DNA of 64,000 nucleotides, taken from positions 1 to 64,000 of the IMG/VR virus record IMGVR_UViG_3300032313_000664; one strand, 5' to 3'. The notes below the pieces were generated by a model, which searched no databases, was not told where the DNA came from, and saw nothing but the letters and a program-made list of their open reading frames with translations. Below are positions 16,163-26,781 of this stretch, piece after piece; within the stretch, counting starts at the first letter, position 1, and every line of letters starts with the position of its first letter. The position numbers were made by a program, and so were the translations under genes. The DNA is from a virus.

Positions 16163-17179
16163 ATGAATAGTAAAATATTTGTTTGCACTTCTGCTTACAA
16201 CGATACAGACATAGAGCTAACTCTAGAAACAGCTTATTTAAATGCCAGCAGTCCAACAGGTATATATTTTGGAATTGCTATGCAATATCCAGATATACAG
16301 AAACCAGACCTATCGTCATATAAAAATGTTAGAACAATTGACATATTAGATCCCCACCCGATTGGCACAAGCCCAAGCAGAGCAGTGGCGGCAAAATTAA
16401 TAAAAGATGAACATTATTTTTTATCAATAGATGCACACACAATATTTAAAAAGGACTGGGATAAAAACCTAATACAATATTTTTCTGAAATTAAAGAAAA
16501 ATATAAAAAACCAATTATTAGCACCTACAGCCCATACTGGTACAGAGATGAGCAAGGCTGTATATTTAATCAAAATAAAAAGTTGTCGTTTGAAGAGGAA
16601 ATGGAACAACACACTTTAAATTTTAAAATGGATGATGATTTTTTTCCAGGAAACTATACTATGCCAACCCCAACATGGGGCAAAAAGGTTACTTCTAGGT
16701 ATGAAGAGCATTATTTAATTGGAGCGCATCTTTTATTTGCTGAATCTTCTTATTTAGAAGAAGTTCCGTTTGACCCATACATTACTTATCATGAAGAAAA
16801 TACTACAGCTATGAGAGCATGGACAAGAGGGTACAGAATTTTTGCAATAGACAAGGACATATTGTGGACAAGAGAAATGTATCATGGAGTTGCTGATGCC
16901 GAGTCCTGGAGAAAAAAAATTGAAAGAAAAAGTTCAGACGGCTTTAGTTATGCAGACAAGATATCTCTTGGAGCGCTAAGATGTAAAGATATACTTTTAG
17001 GAAAAGAGTTAGGGCTATACGGATCTCCAAATATTAATTTATTAAAAGAATATGAAATTGCCGCTGGAGTAGATCATGAATCTATATATAAAAAAATATA
17101 TGATCGTGTAGAAGCAAGCTTAGATGTGAATACTCCAGCTAGATCTATGTACAATTTTGACAAGGCAAGAAATGCCTAA
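16163..17179 (+). CDS. GT60-like (Skp1 hydroxyproline GlcNAc-transferase-like) glycosyltransferase
   Basis: YFLSIDAHTIFKKDWD (DxH), VPFDP..EE..RAWTRGY. Confidence 0.75.
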   Translation: MNSKIFVCTSAYNDTDIELTLETAYLNASSPTGIYFGIAMQYPDIQKPDLSSYKNVRTIDILDPHPIGTSPSRAVAAKLIKDEHYFLSIDAHTIFKKDWDKNLIQYFSEIKEKYKKPIISTYSPYWYRDEQGCIFNQNKKLSFEEEMEQHTLNFKMDDDFFPGNYTMPTPTWGKKVTSRYEEHYLIGAHLLFAESSYLEEVPFDPYITYHEENTTAMRAWTRGYRIFAIDKDILWTREMYHGVADAESWRKKIERKSSDGFSYADKISLGALRCKDILLGKELGLYGSPNINLLKEYEIAAGVDHESIYKKIYDRVEASLDVNTPARSMYNFDKARNA

Positions 17180-17825
17180 GCTAAACTTTGTAACTTTATC
17201 TGATAATAGCAACTACCCTATACCAGCAATTAAAGCTCTTCCAGAATGGTATAAGTCTGCAAAAAAATATTTTAGCGATGGAGAAAGCACTTATAAAAAC
17301 TGCATTCCTTTTTTTGAGGGCATGTATTCAGGATATGTAATGCTTATGCCTTGCGACGTAGAATTTTACATTGATAATGATATACCCAGATTTAAAATAG
17401 ACAAGGAGTATAGTTTTTTTATATCTTCCAGGTCCCCGATGTCAGATTTTAAAACACCTTTCGGATATTACGATGATCATTTTGCCTGGAAGCCTCAGTG
17501 GGGGGTCGAGTCGCCAGAAGGGTACAATGTGTTGTATATGACTCCATTTAATGGATATGATGTTCCATTTCTTAATACATCAGGAATAATAAATAATGAT
17601 AAAACTTCTCACCCAGGAAACATACCGTTTTTCTTAAGAAAAGGTTTTTCTGGTATTATTAAAGCAGGAACTCCATTCTTACAGATAATACCTATTAAAA
17701 GAGAAAGTTGGGAATCAGGAAATAAAGTTCTTGATCCAGAAACTATAGATCATTTTAAGCCAGGAACCCCAAGAATACAAGATCATTACAAAAAGGCGAT
17801 ATGGGAAAGAACAAGATATGAATAA
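17172..17825 (+). CDS. DUF6065-like protein, paralog 2
   Basis: PEWYK, KNCIPF, GIIKAGTPFLQIIP. Confidence 0.6.
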   Translation: MPKLNFVTLSDNSNYPIPAIKALPEWYKSAKKYFSDGESTYKNCIPFFEGMYSGYVMLMPCDVEFYIDNDIPRFKIDKEYSFFISSRSPMSDFKTPFGYYDDHFAWKPQWGVESPEGYNVLYMTPFNGYDVPFLNTSGIINNDKTSHPGNIPFFLRKGFSGIIKAGTPFLQIIPIKRESWESGNKVLDPETIDHFKPGTPRIQDHYKKAIWERTRYE

Positions 17826-18507
17826 AATAAAGTTCTATGCGTGGGATGAAAAAGCTGAAGAAATTACATTGCCTCCTGTTCCTGCAATAAAAAATGTTCC
17901 AGACTACTGGAGGAAAAGCGAAAGGTTTGTGGGTTCAAAAGACTTAGAGCTTTTAAATAACGGAATGCCAAACCTAGGGCTAAAACACTGTATGCCATTT
18001 TTAGATGCAATAACTTCAGGCTATCACTACAGACTTCACTGTGATGTAGAATTTAAAATAATTAATGGCATTCCAAATGTTTTTTTTGATTCTGTTTTAA
18101 ATCCAGCATATCCAAGATCTAAAGATGATCTTCCAACCCCAGCTGGTTGTCACGACCAAGGATTTTTTTGGCAAATGTGGTGGGGCACAAGCCTACCAGA
18201 AGGCTGGTCTGCATTGGTAACTAGTCCATTAAATCGCCCAGATCTGCCATTTGTAGTAAACAGCGGAATAGTTGACTATGACAAGTATGTAGCGCCAGGA
18301 AATATTTCCTTTTATATTAAAAAAGATTTTGAAGGGGTCATAAAAGCAGGTACTCCTATTTTTCAAATAATACCAATTCGCAGAGAACCATGGGAGATGG
18401 AAATTGATCAGTCCCTAAGAGATATTGGCCATAGCAATTTTAAAAAAAAGGTAGAGAATGTTTATGGATATTACAAAAAAATATTAAGGCAAGATAAGCA
18501 ATATTAA
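17818..18507 (+). CDS. DUF6065-like protein, paralog 3
   Basis: KHCMPFLDA, SPLNR, GVIKAGTPIFQIIP. Confidence 0.6.
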   Translation: MNKIKFYAWDEKAEEITLPPVPAIKNVPDYWRKSERFVGSKDLELLNNGMPNLGLKHCMPFLDAITSGYHYRLHCDVEFKIINGIPNVFFDSVLNPAYPRSKDDLPTPAGCHDQGFFWQMWWGTSLPEGWSALVTSPLNRPDLPFVVNSGIVDYDKYVAPGNISFYIKKDFEGVIKAGTPIFQIIPIRREPWEMEIDQSLRDIGHSNFKKKVENVYGYYKKILRQDKQY

Positions 18508-18602
18508 TAATTTTTATAGTATAATTGTAAGTGTCAGTATAAAAAAATAAAATTAATCAGTTAAACAGCCGTTGCTTAACTTATTGTAAGAAAGGCTTTA
18601 AG

Positions 18603-18872
18603 ATGCCAAATGAAAAAAGCGCCTGGCAAAGATACAAAGAAAACTTAGGAGAGACCCGCCCATGGGACATAGTCAATCCAAACACCCAATGGGCTTCTGA
18701 AGAAGAGGCCAATAAGAGGTATAGCATCTGTAACACGTGCCCAGAACTTATAAGCCTTACAAAACAATGTAAAAAATGTGGTTGCTTTATGGCCGCAAAG
18801 ACTAAGATTGCCTCAGCGTCTTGCCCTATTGGTAAATGGGGCAAAGAAGAGATTCCTGAAGACATTATATAA
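18603..18872 (+). CDS. Cys-rich small protein (DUF6171-like)
   Basis: RYSICNTC...CKKCGCFM...CPIGKW. Confidence 0.7.
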   Translation: MPNEKSAWQRYKENLGETRPWDIVNPNTQWASEEEANKRYSICNTCPELISLTKQCKKCGCFMAAKTKIASASCPIGKWGKEEIPEDII

Positions 18873-18908
18873 AAGAACTATAATCTAGTAGGGGGTATAA
18901 TATAACAT

Positions 18909-21080
18909 ATGGCCATTCTATTCCCAATTACTCTAGATCAACTGGTAAACCCAACAGGTGCTGATTCTGTTCAACTTGTTTCACATGCCGCACAGCACTC
19001 AAATGCCAACGACGCAATTGAAGCCTTAGAGGCCAAAGTTGGAGTCAATAACTCTACAGATGTTACAAGCATAGACTATAAGGTTCGGGATTTAATATCT
19101 AAGATTTATACCAATGAGATGGCGCAAGATACAATTGCCGCCGCATTGGCAGCAGGAACTCATACTAATATAACTGTCGGATACGACGACGTTGCAAACT
19201 CATTAAGCTTAACAGCAACCTATGACGATGAAGAGGTCATGGATGCAATTGCTACATCCCTAACGGCTGGCACAGGAATTACAAAAGTTTATGATGATGT
19301 TGCAAACACAATTACAATTTCAGTAGATACCACAGTTATAGCAACAAAAACATATGTAGATGCAGCGGTGTCAGGTTTTGGGAATACAGCAGCTAACACC
19401 TATGTTCCGCTCTCCCTGCTTGGAAATGCAGACGGTGTTGCAGAGCTTGACGAAGCTGGATTTGTACCTGCATCTCAATTAAACATAGATGAAAAAATTC
19501 AAGATGTAGCAGCAAAGCTAATCACAGACGGAACCCACTATAACATTACCGTCTCATATAATGATACTAATGCAACATTAAGTTTAAGTGCAAATTATGA
19601 TGATGAAGAGGTAATGGACGCAATTGCCACATCTCTAACGGCGGGCAATGGAATAACAAAAACTTATGACGATGTTGCTAATACAATAACCTTAGCAGTA
19701 GACACATCGGTAATGGCAAATAAAACATACGTTGATACCGCAATATCTAATCTTGTTGATGCAGCCCCAGGTCTGTTGGACACCCTAAATGAAATTGCTG
19801 CAGCCATCGGCGATGATGCAAATTTTGTAACAACTATAACTACTGCTTTAGCTACTAAGCTAAATATAACTACTGCAGCCAGTACATATCTTTCAATAGC
19901 TGATGCCCCAGAAACCATATCTGATACAGCAGGAGCAATGTTTGCTCACGCAGGGCATACAAATGTAACCGCAACATATGATGATACTACAAATAAAATT
20001 AACCTTGCTGTTACAGCACAACTAACTCAAGAACAAGCACAAGACTATATAGCTCCATTATTTACACACGGATTAAATCCTAACATAACAGCAACATACG
20101 ATGATACAAATAATCGGCTTATTCTTGAAACAATTATTCCACCTTCAAAGGCTATTATGTCCGCCTCTGCTCCAGCTTCTCCAGCAGACGGAACTTTCTG
20201 GTTTGATACAGATGAATATAGAAGCGGTAACACATGGGCACTGAAGGTTTGGCAGGCATCAACATCATCTTGGCAATATGTTTCTTCAGATCTTTCTTTG
20301 TCCACAACAAATACATGGACATCTAAGAATACTTATACTAATGGTGTAATTATTGGATTAGACTCTCCGCCTGAGTCTCCAGTACATGGACAAATTTATT
20401 ATAACAAACCTTTAGATAAGTTAAAGGTTTGGGACGGACTTCTTTGGCAAGACATTCAAGGCTCTGGCGGAGGCGGAGGCGGATTAACTTTAATTCCAAC
20501 AGACGTAACTGCACCACCAAGCACATTCTTTGTTGGCTTAATTGCACCGCCAACTGGAGCAACGGCAAATGGTGACCTGTGGATTGATGTTGATGATATT
20601 GATACTCCATTTAATCAATTTTACACAGGTGGAGTTTCTCCAGATCCAGCTCAATATGAATTTTGGGTTGACAATGTTGAGCCAATTCAAGAATTAATTT
20701 ATAGCGCAAATGAACCAAGCACACCGTCCTACCCTGGAGAGCTTTGGATTGATACAGATGATTACGACGGTGCAATTGTAGAATTTGGTGCCACTGCGCC
20801 TAATCCAAATAACGTTCAGCTGTGGGTAGACATAAATGAAAATGAGTCTCCAAGTTTTTATAAAGATTTAACATTTACTAATTATGCAACAGTTGCAGAT
20901 TTTCCACAAAATGCACCAAATGGGTTTGTTGCCTCAGACGCATCAAGCGGTCTGGCATACGTGAGAAGCCAGGGTCAATGGTTAGCAATAGTAACTGCAT
21001 CTAATATAAACAGTATTATTTCTTCAAACTCAACAATATTTGAAGATTTAAAAGCTTTAGCCTGGATGGGATTTGAATAA
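18909..21080 (+). CDS. virion fibre/hub protein with YDD stalk repeats and W(I/V)D repeats
   Basis: repeats shared with 11246 and 13628; GDLWID/EFWVD/GELWID. Confidence 0.7.
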   Translation: MAILFPITLDQLVNPTGADSVQLVSHAAQHSNANDAIEALEAKVGVNNSTDVTSIDYKVRDLISKIYTNEMAQDTIAAALAAGTHTNITVGYDDVANSLSLTATYDDEEVMDAIATSLTAGTGITKVYDDVANTITISVDTTVIATKTYVDAAVSGFGNTAANTYVPLSLLGNADGVAELDEAGFVPASQLNIDEKIQDVAAKLITDGTHYNITVSYNDTNATLSLSANYDDEEVMDAIATSLTAGNGITKTYDDVANTITLAVDTSVMANKTYVDTAISNLVDAAPGLLDTLNEIAAAIGDDANFVTTITTALATKLNITTAASTYLSIADAPETISDTAGAMFAHAGHTNVTATYDDTTNKINLAVTAQLTQEQAQDYIAPLFTHGLNPNITATYDDTNNRLILETIIPPSKAIMSASAPASPADGTFWFDTDEYRSGNTWALKVWQASTSSWQYVSSDLSLSTTNTWTSKNTYTNGVIIGLDSPPESPVHGQIYYNKPLDKLKVWDGLLWQDIQGSGGGGGGLTLIPTDVTAPPSTFFVGLIAPPTGATANGDLWIDVDDIDTPFNQFYTGGVSPDPAQYEFWVDNVEPIQELIYSANEPSTPSYPGELWIDTDDYDGAIVEFGATAPNPNNVQLWVDINENESPSFYKDLTFTNYATVADFPQNAPNGFVASDASSGLAYVRSQGQWLAIVTASNINSIISSNSTIFEDLKALAWMGFE

Positions 21081-21116
21081 GCATTCTGGTATACTTTAGG
21101 ATAGGAGGGTCATAAT

Positions 21117-21737
21117 ATGTCATTAAAAAGATGGAACGGTACAGCGTGGGTAACCGTCGCTGGTTCAAGACCAGGACCCCAAGGTGCAACAGGACCGACA
21201 GGTGCAGCGGCAACTATTTCTGTAGGAACAGTAACAACTGTTGCAGCAGGAACATCAGCAGCAATTACAAACGGCGGAACATCATCTGCTGCAATATTAA
21301 ATTTTCAAATTCCAGCGGGACCAACAGGTGCAGCAGGATCAGCGGGAGCACAAGGTGTGGCGGGACAAAGAGGTTCTTATACATTTACAGGAATTGCTAA
21401 TCCAACAGGATCAAATCCAGCAAGCAAGCTAGGGCTCGACACATATTTAAACACAACAAGCGGAGACTACTTCCAATATAATTCTACAAACTCTACATGG
21501 GTACTTCAAGGAAACTTAAAGGGCCCAGTAGGAACAGCTGGTACACAAGGTATCACTGGCCCAACTGGAGCAACTGGTCCAGCGGGAGAAACAGCAGTAC
21601 AAAATGTAATAACAGAGCTAGAAAGCTGGAAGGCAGACCAGATACTAAATCTTGGTGTATACTATCCAAAGTACGAGTTCTTAACAAATATGTCACAAAA
21701 CAATGCAACACTTTTAGCAACAAGCATGATATTCTAG
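21117..21737 (+). CDS. collagen-like fibre protein
   Basis: Gly-X-Y runs; KRWNGTAW N-terminus. Confidence 0.75.
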   Translation: MSLKRWNGTAWVTVAGSRPGPQGATGPTGAAATISVGTVTTVAAGTSAAITNGGTSSAAILNFQIPAGPTGAAGSAGAQGVAGQRGSYTFTGIANPTGSNPASKLGLDTYLNTTSGDYFQYNSTNSTWVLQGNLKGPVGTAGTQGITGPTGATGPAGETAVQNVITELESWKADQILNLGVYYPKYEFLTNMSQNNATLLATSMIF

Positions 21738-21749
21738 GAGAAAAAAACT

Positions 21750-24700
21750 ATGGCAAGAAAAATTTTAAACCTAACAGGAATTGAGTTTGCACCACTAACA
21801 GGAACTCTAAAGCTTCCTCAACTCGTTCGCAGAGAAAAGCTTCTATTAATTACAAATACAACAGCGAATAAGATTGTTTATAATTTTGCAGACCCAGCAC
21901 TTGGCCTATACAGCTTTAACCTAGATACAGATACAGACCAATCACACGGAAGTACAACGCTTGTTTTAAAGTACAATACAGCAAATATGTTGCCAACAGA
22001 CAACTTCCAAATTGTCTACGATGAGAATAATGAAAGATTTGAGCCAGCAGACTATATGGTAGATGCTGTAGGAAAGCTTCGTACAGCAAACCCTACATCT
22101 CTTATTGATACTGACTTTGAATATGGTATTCAGAACTCCAAGTGGGAAACACTTACAATGATTCAAAACTACCCAGGTTTCTTTGGAAGATCATCTGGAG
22201 GAAATGCACTAGATCTATTACAAGTTGTAGGTAACAATGCATTCCCACTTTCAACTGTTACAGTGACAACAAATTCCCCACACGGAATTAGCTCAGGAGA
22301 TGTTATTTCTGTTCAAGAAACAACATCAGATGCAGCAGATGGAACATTCTTAGCTACTCCGCTTACTTCTACTACATTTTCCTATGTTGCAAAAGGCAGA
22401 GTTAACGGAAACGTACTAGATGGAACTCTAACATCTATTTACGGCGGAGGCATTTTTGACAATGCTCACATTATGGGCGGAATTACTGGACAGCTAGGAT
22501 CATTTTCTGCAGTATCAGATCAAGCAACTCCATCAAGAATTACAATTGTTTCTCCAAAACCACACGGACTTCTTCCAGGTACACCAATTCTTATTACACA
22601 AAAAGAAGGAAGCAATTTCTACGGAAGCTTTTTTATTGATACAGTAGATACACCAAATTCAATGTCCTTCATGGCATCTGGACAAATTCTTAACCCAATT
22701 AATACAAATGATCAAGGAGTTTATGCAAAGCCAGAAGGCTATGTAAACCATAGACCACATGATGGCGGAGTTATTCTTTCAACAGGCAATAACGTATGTG
22801 GAACTCAAACAATGCGTCAGACACGTAGATACTTTAGATATCAGTCAGGTAAATCAATTCAATTCTCAACAGGAACAAAGTTTACACCAACATTCCAGGT
22901 AGAATATATCGCTGCAACAGGCATTGTGCCAGGATCTCAACAGATTACAGTAACAACAAATGCTTCTCACAATTTACAACCAGGAGCTTATGTAAAGATT
23001 GATGGTGTTGAAGTTTCAGGTTCATATAATCCATTTAACGGAATTCACCTTGTAACATCAATTATTGACGCTACAACATTTAAGTATATTGTGGTATTTA
23101 CAAATACATTATCAGCAATTGACCAAATTCCAGGCGGAGTAAATGTATTCTGCACAGCTTACATCTGGAAAGGTGCATCAACAAGAGCTGGTTTATATTC
23201 AGAGCAAGATGGATTCTTCTTTGAATATGACGGACAAGGAATCTTTGTTTGCCGCCAATGGGCAACAAACACCCTAAGAGGAAATATTTCAGTAATAAAG
23301 TATAACTCAACCGTTACAGGAACGGATACAATATTTAGAAAGCAACTTGTTTCAGGAGACAAGATTGTAATTCGTGGCCAAACCTATAGAGTTCTTCAAA
23401 TTGCATCAGATACATCTATGACAATTGCTCCAGCATATCGTGGTGCATCTCAATCAAGCGTTAAGGTGCGTAAGGTTCAAATTATTAAGGTTAAGCAGTC
23501 GGACTGGAATCTTGATAAATTTGATGGAACTGGTCCTTCAGGGCACAAGTTTGATCCATCAAAGATGCAGATGACTTACATTGATTACTCATGGTATGGC
23601 GCTGGAACCATTAGATATGGATTTAGAGGCCAAGGCGGAAAGATCACATGGTGTCATGAAATTTCAAACAACAATACTAATTATGCAGCGTATCAGAGAT
23701 CAGGTAACCTACCTGCAAGATACGAAGCAATCAACGAGCCTACTAAGTTCTCAAAGCTAGTTGCAGGCGGAACAGCAGTAAGAGGCTCAAATCTTCTTCC
23801 ACAAGATACAATTATGTATGTTGATAACGTAGACTACTGGCCAGCAGACGGCTACATTAGAATTCAAGATGAAAACTATGTAGAAATTGCAAAGTACACG
23901 TCTATTGGAGCATATAACCAAACGGCAAAAGGTTATGCTATGAATCTTATTCGTAGACAGCCTTATGTAACATACTATTCAGGTCAAGCGTATAGCTTAA
24001 ATGGAACATATGTTGCAGCAACTTTTAGACCAGACGCAACAATCCCTGGTGGTTCAGGTTCTGCTCAGGTTTCAGTTCAAGTTATTTCTCAAGAATGTGC
24101 TCCAGTTATGAGCCACTGGGGATCTTCAGTAATTATGGACGGAGGCTTCGATGATGATGCTTCCTTTATCTTTACAGCTGGTATGCAGCGTTACTTGCAG
24201 GTTGGTGGTTCTGGATCTGTTTCAGCAACTATTGTTTCTAGAGTAAGAGCATCTGGTGTTGCAACAATTACAACTTCAGCTCCTCACTCTTTGCTTGCAG
24301 GATATAATGCAACTATATCAGGTGTAGACGATGTTTCTGTAATTACATACAAGCAGTTACAAAACAATACAGCAACCTTGACAACTTCTGTTGCACACAA
24401 GCACAGATCTGGACAAACAATTACAGTTACAGGTGTAGACGGTGTGTTTAATGGAACTTGGACAGTTACTGGTGTTACTTCAAACACAGTTTTGTTTGCT
24501 AGAACATCAAGCAATATTCCATTCCAATCAGCAGGAACCGCTGGAAGAATAACTTCATCAAGTTATTATAACGGAACATTCCTAGTTTCTCTAGTTACTG
24601 CAAATACAATTTCTTATCCAATTCCACAGGCTGACGAAGTTTCATCAGCAGTTAGCCCTAACGGAGCCGTGGTTCAGACATTTGGAGCCACACAACAGGC

Positions 24701-25235
24701 ACGTCCTCTAATTTCACTTAGAGTAGCACCTTCAGTCGATAATGGTACAGGACGTAATTTTGGTCTTCGTGAACTATCAAACAATATGCAGCTGAAGCTT
24801 TACAGTATTAACTTGCTAGCACAAGGACAGTTCCTTGTGGAAGGAATTCTAAATGCACAGTCTCTAAACGGTGTAAATGTTCCAACTGCTTGGGCAACCG
24901 ATAGAGTAGGATCAGGATCCCTAGCACAAATTATTTATCACGACGGAACTGGAGTCCCTGGATCACCAGTTCTTTCTCCTACAAATACAGTTTCTGGAGG
25001 AGATCGTGTGTTTGCTTTCTATACAGATAACGGTGGAGGTACAAACTACTCCGTAACACGTATTGATCTTACAAAAGCAAGAGACCTAGGAAACTCTATT
25101 CTAAATGGAGATGGCAGCACAGCTGCACCAGGCTTCCCTAATGCACCAGATATCCTTACAATCGTTGCTACAAATCTTGGCTCTTCAGCAGCCAACATTT
25201 CAGCAGTGCTTGCATGGACGGAAGCGCAGGCCTAA
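21750..25235 (+). CDS. large virion structural protein (1161 aa)
   Basis: IDTDFEYG, RQTRRYFRYQSGK, DYSWYGAG; repeated T..PHG beta modules. Confidence 0.7.
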   Translation: MARKILNLTGIEFAPLTGTLKLPQLVRREKLLLITNTTANKIVYNFADPALGLYSFNLDTDTDQSHGSTTLVLKYNTANMLPTDNFQIVYDENNERFEPADYMVDAVGKLRTANPTSLIDTDFEYGIQNSKWETLTMIQNYPGFFGRSSGGNALDLLQVVGNNAFPLSTVTVTTNSPHGISSGDVISVQETTSDAADGTFLATPLTSTTFSYVAKGRVNGNVLDGTLTSIYGGGIFDNAHIMGGITGQLGSFSAVSDQATPSRITIVSPKPHGLLPGTPILITQKEGSNFYGSFFIDTVDTPNSMSFMASGQILNPINTNDQGVYAKPEGYVNHRPHDGGVILSTGNNVCGTQTMRQTRRYFRYQSGKSIQFSTGTKFTPTFQVEYIAATGIVPGSQQITVTTNASHNLQPGAYVKIDGVEVSGSYNPFNGIHLVTSIIDATTFKYIVVFTNTLSAIDQIPGGVNVFCTAYIWKGASTRAGLYSEQDGFFFEYDGQGIFVCRQWATNTLRGNISVIKYNSTVTGTDTIFRKQLVSGDKIVIRGQTYRVLQIASDTSMTIAPAYRGASQSSVKVRKVQIIKVKQSDWNLDKFDGTGPSGHKFDPSKMQMTYIDYSWYGAGTIRYGFRGQGGKITWCHEISNNNTNYAAYQRSGNLPARYEAINEPTKFSKLVAGGTAVRGSNLLPQDTIMYVDNVDYWPADGYIRIQDENYVEIAKYTSIGAYNQTAKGYAMNLIRRQPYVTYYSGQAYSLNGTYVAATFRPDATIPGGSGSAQVSVQVISQECAPVMSHWGSSVIMDGGFDDDASFIFTAGMQRYLQVGGSGSVSATIVSRVRASGVATITTSAPHSLLAGYNATISGVDDVSVITYKQLQNNTATLTTSVAHKHRSGQTITVTGVDGVFNGTWTVTGVTSNTVLFARTSSNIPFQSAGTAGRITSSSYYNGTFLVSLVTANTISYPIPQADEVSSAVSPNGAVVQTFGATQQARPLISLRVAPSVDNGTGRNFGLRELSNNMQLKLYSINLLAQGQFLVEGILNAQSLNGVNVPTAWATDRVGSGSLAQIIYHDGTGVPGSPVLSPTNTVSGGDRVFAFYTDNGGGTNYSVTRIDLTKARDLGNSILNGDGSTAAPGFPNAPDILTIVATNLGSSAANISAVLAWTEAQA

Positions 25236-25238
25236 AAA

Positions 25239-25904
25239 ATGCCAGACTACTCATCATTATCTACGCAAATAAGTCAATTTAAAACAGCAGCTTCTGCTTT
25301 AATGACAAGCGATGCGCTTAATGCCAATGAACTACAGTTAGTCGGAGCGGCATTAAATGCAATAGGTAATACTTTAGGTGTTGCTGATATTAATAACTCT
25401 GTTGTTGATGGAGTTGCAACAATTAATGCGGCAAAAGATGCAGCACTTACAGCATTTAATGGCGGCACTAATGGAACAAGATTAACAGAAGCAGAATCAG
25501 ACATATCTGTTCTTGAAGGAAAAGTTACAAACATTGAAGGCTTTGTTTCTACAAATGGAGCTCAATATACAACACTTCAATCTACTGTAGCAGCACTTCA
25601 AGCATCTTTATCTACAGTTCCAGCAGTCTGGAAAATAGTTTCAACAGCATATACAGCTCTTAATAATGATAGATTATTAGTACAACCAACTTCAGGATTG
25701 GTTATAACATTGCCACAAAGTCCTAGCACAGGATTTACAGTTGAGCTTCTAGATGCAAATGGAACTGCGGCAACAACTAACTTTACAATTGCAAGAAATT
25801 CACAACCGATACAAGGAGTTGCACAAAACCTTGTATTTAACGTAAGTGGTGCCTATATCAGATTAATCTATGTAGATGCAACAAGAGGATGGGTAAGAGC
25901 ATAA
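25239..25904 (+). CDS. fibre protein (coiled-coil N-terminus, LIYVDATRGW C-terminus)
   Basis: paralog of 31897 N-terminus. Confidence 0.65.
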   Translation: MPDYSSLSTQISQFKTAASALMTSDALNANELQLVGAALNAIGNTLGVADINNSVVDGVATINAAKDAALTAFNGGTNGTRLTEAESDISVLEGKVTNIEGFVSTNGAQYTTLQSTVAALQASLSTVPAVWKIVSTAYTALNNDRLLVQPTSGLVITLPQSPSTGFTVELLDANGTAATTNFTIARNSQPIQGVAQNLVFNVSGAYIRLIYVDATRGWVRA

Positions 25905-26281
25905 TGGCAAATTTAAGCGAAGTTTTAGCAGAAACATCAGTAAAGACAAACCTTGATCTACAGACGTATCGGACTGGAAGAAGAGATTTAGGAACAGTAA
26001 ATGGTGCAGTTAACCTTGATCTGTCTCTTTCAAATGACTTTACCGCAACAGTAAATGCAAATACTACATTTACAATTACAAATTGCCCAACCACTGGAGT
26101 TGTAGGTTTTTCTTTACAGCTAATTGGCGGCGGAGCATATACAATAACATTTGCAAATGGAAAATACCCATCCGCAACAGCACCAGCTTTAACATCAGGT
26201 GGAATTGATGTTATAACATTTATCACTTATGATAATGGAGCAAACTGGCGTGGAACTCTAGCAATGAAGGACTCAAGATAA
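25904..26281 (+). CDS. fibre adaptor protein
   Basis: TAATG-coupled start; paralog of 35055. Confidence 0.65.
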   Translation: MANLSEVLAETSVKTNLDLQTYRTGRRDLGTVNGAVNLDLSLSNDFTATVNANTTFTITNCPTTGVVGFSLQLIGGGAYTITFANGKYPSATAPALTSGGIDVITFITYDNGANWRGTLAMKDSR

Positions 26282-26781
26282 TGTACGCACAAGTTATAGA
26301 CGAAGAAATTGTAAGAATCATTGATGAGCAGTCTTTAAGAGAGATGTACTCATCTACACATTTCCCAGCAACAATAACTCAGGCATCCTTAGAAGGATTT
26401 GATAACTGGTACGTTGTAGAAGATTCTTCAGAGTTTCCAGAATACAACAAGGCATCTGAAAAGTTAGAGTTTACAAGAGTATTTAATGGCACATCAGTTG
26501 TAGGTCAATACGTAGTTGTTGATCTTTCAAATGCAGAAAAGGCGGCAGCAAAAGAAGCAAGAACTAGCGAAGTTAGATACCACAGAGATAATACATTAAA
26601 CTCAACAGACTATCTAATGACATCAGATATATTTAATTCTTTTTCTGCAGCAGATCAGCAAAAGATCATTAATTACAGACAAGCACTAAGAGATTTGACA
26701 GATCAGGCAGACCCATTTAATATCACATGGCCAGTCCTTGGAATAGAGTCAATTAATTTAAAGTATAAAGTAGAGATCTAA
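26281..26781 (+). CDS. tail fibre assembly chaperone
   Basis: YRQALRDL...WP motif. Confidence 0.75.
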   Translation: MYAQVIDEEIVRIIDEQSLREMYSSTHFPATITQASLEGFDNWYVVEDSSEFPEYNKASEKLEFTRVFNGTSVVGQYVVVDLSNAEKAAAKEARTSEVRYHRDNTLNSTDYLMTSDIFNSFSAADQQKIINYRQALRDLTDQADPFNITWPVLGIESINLKYKVEI

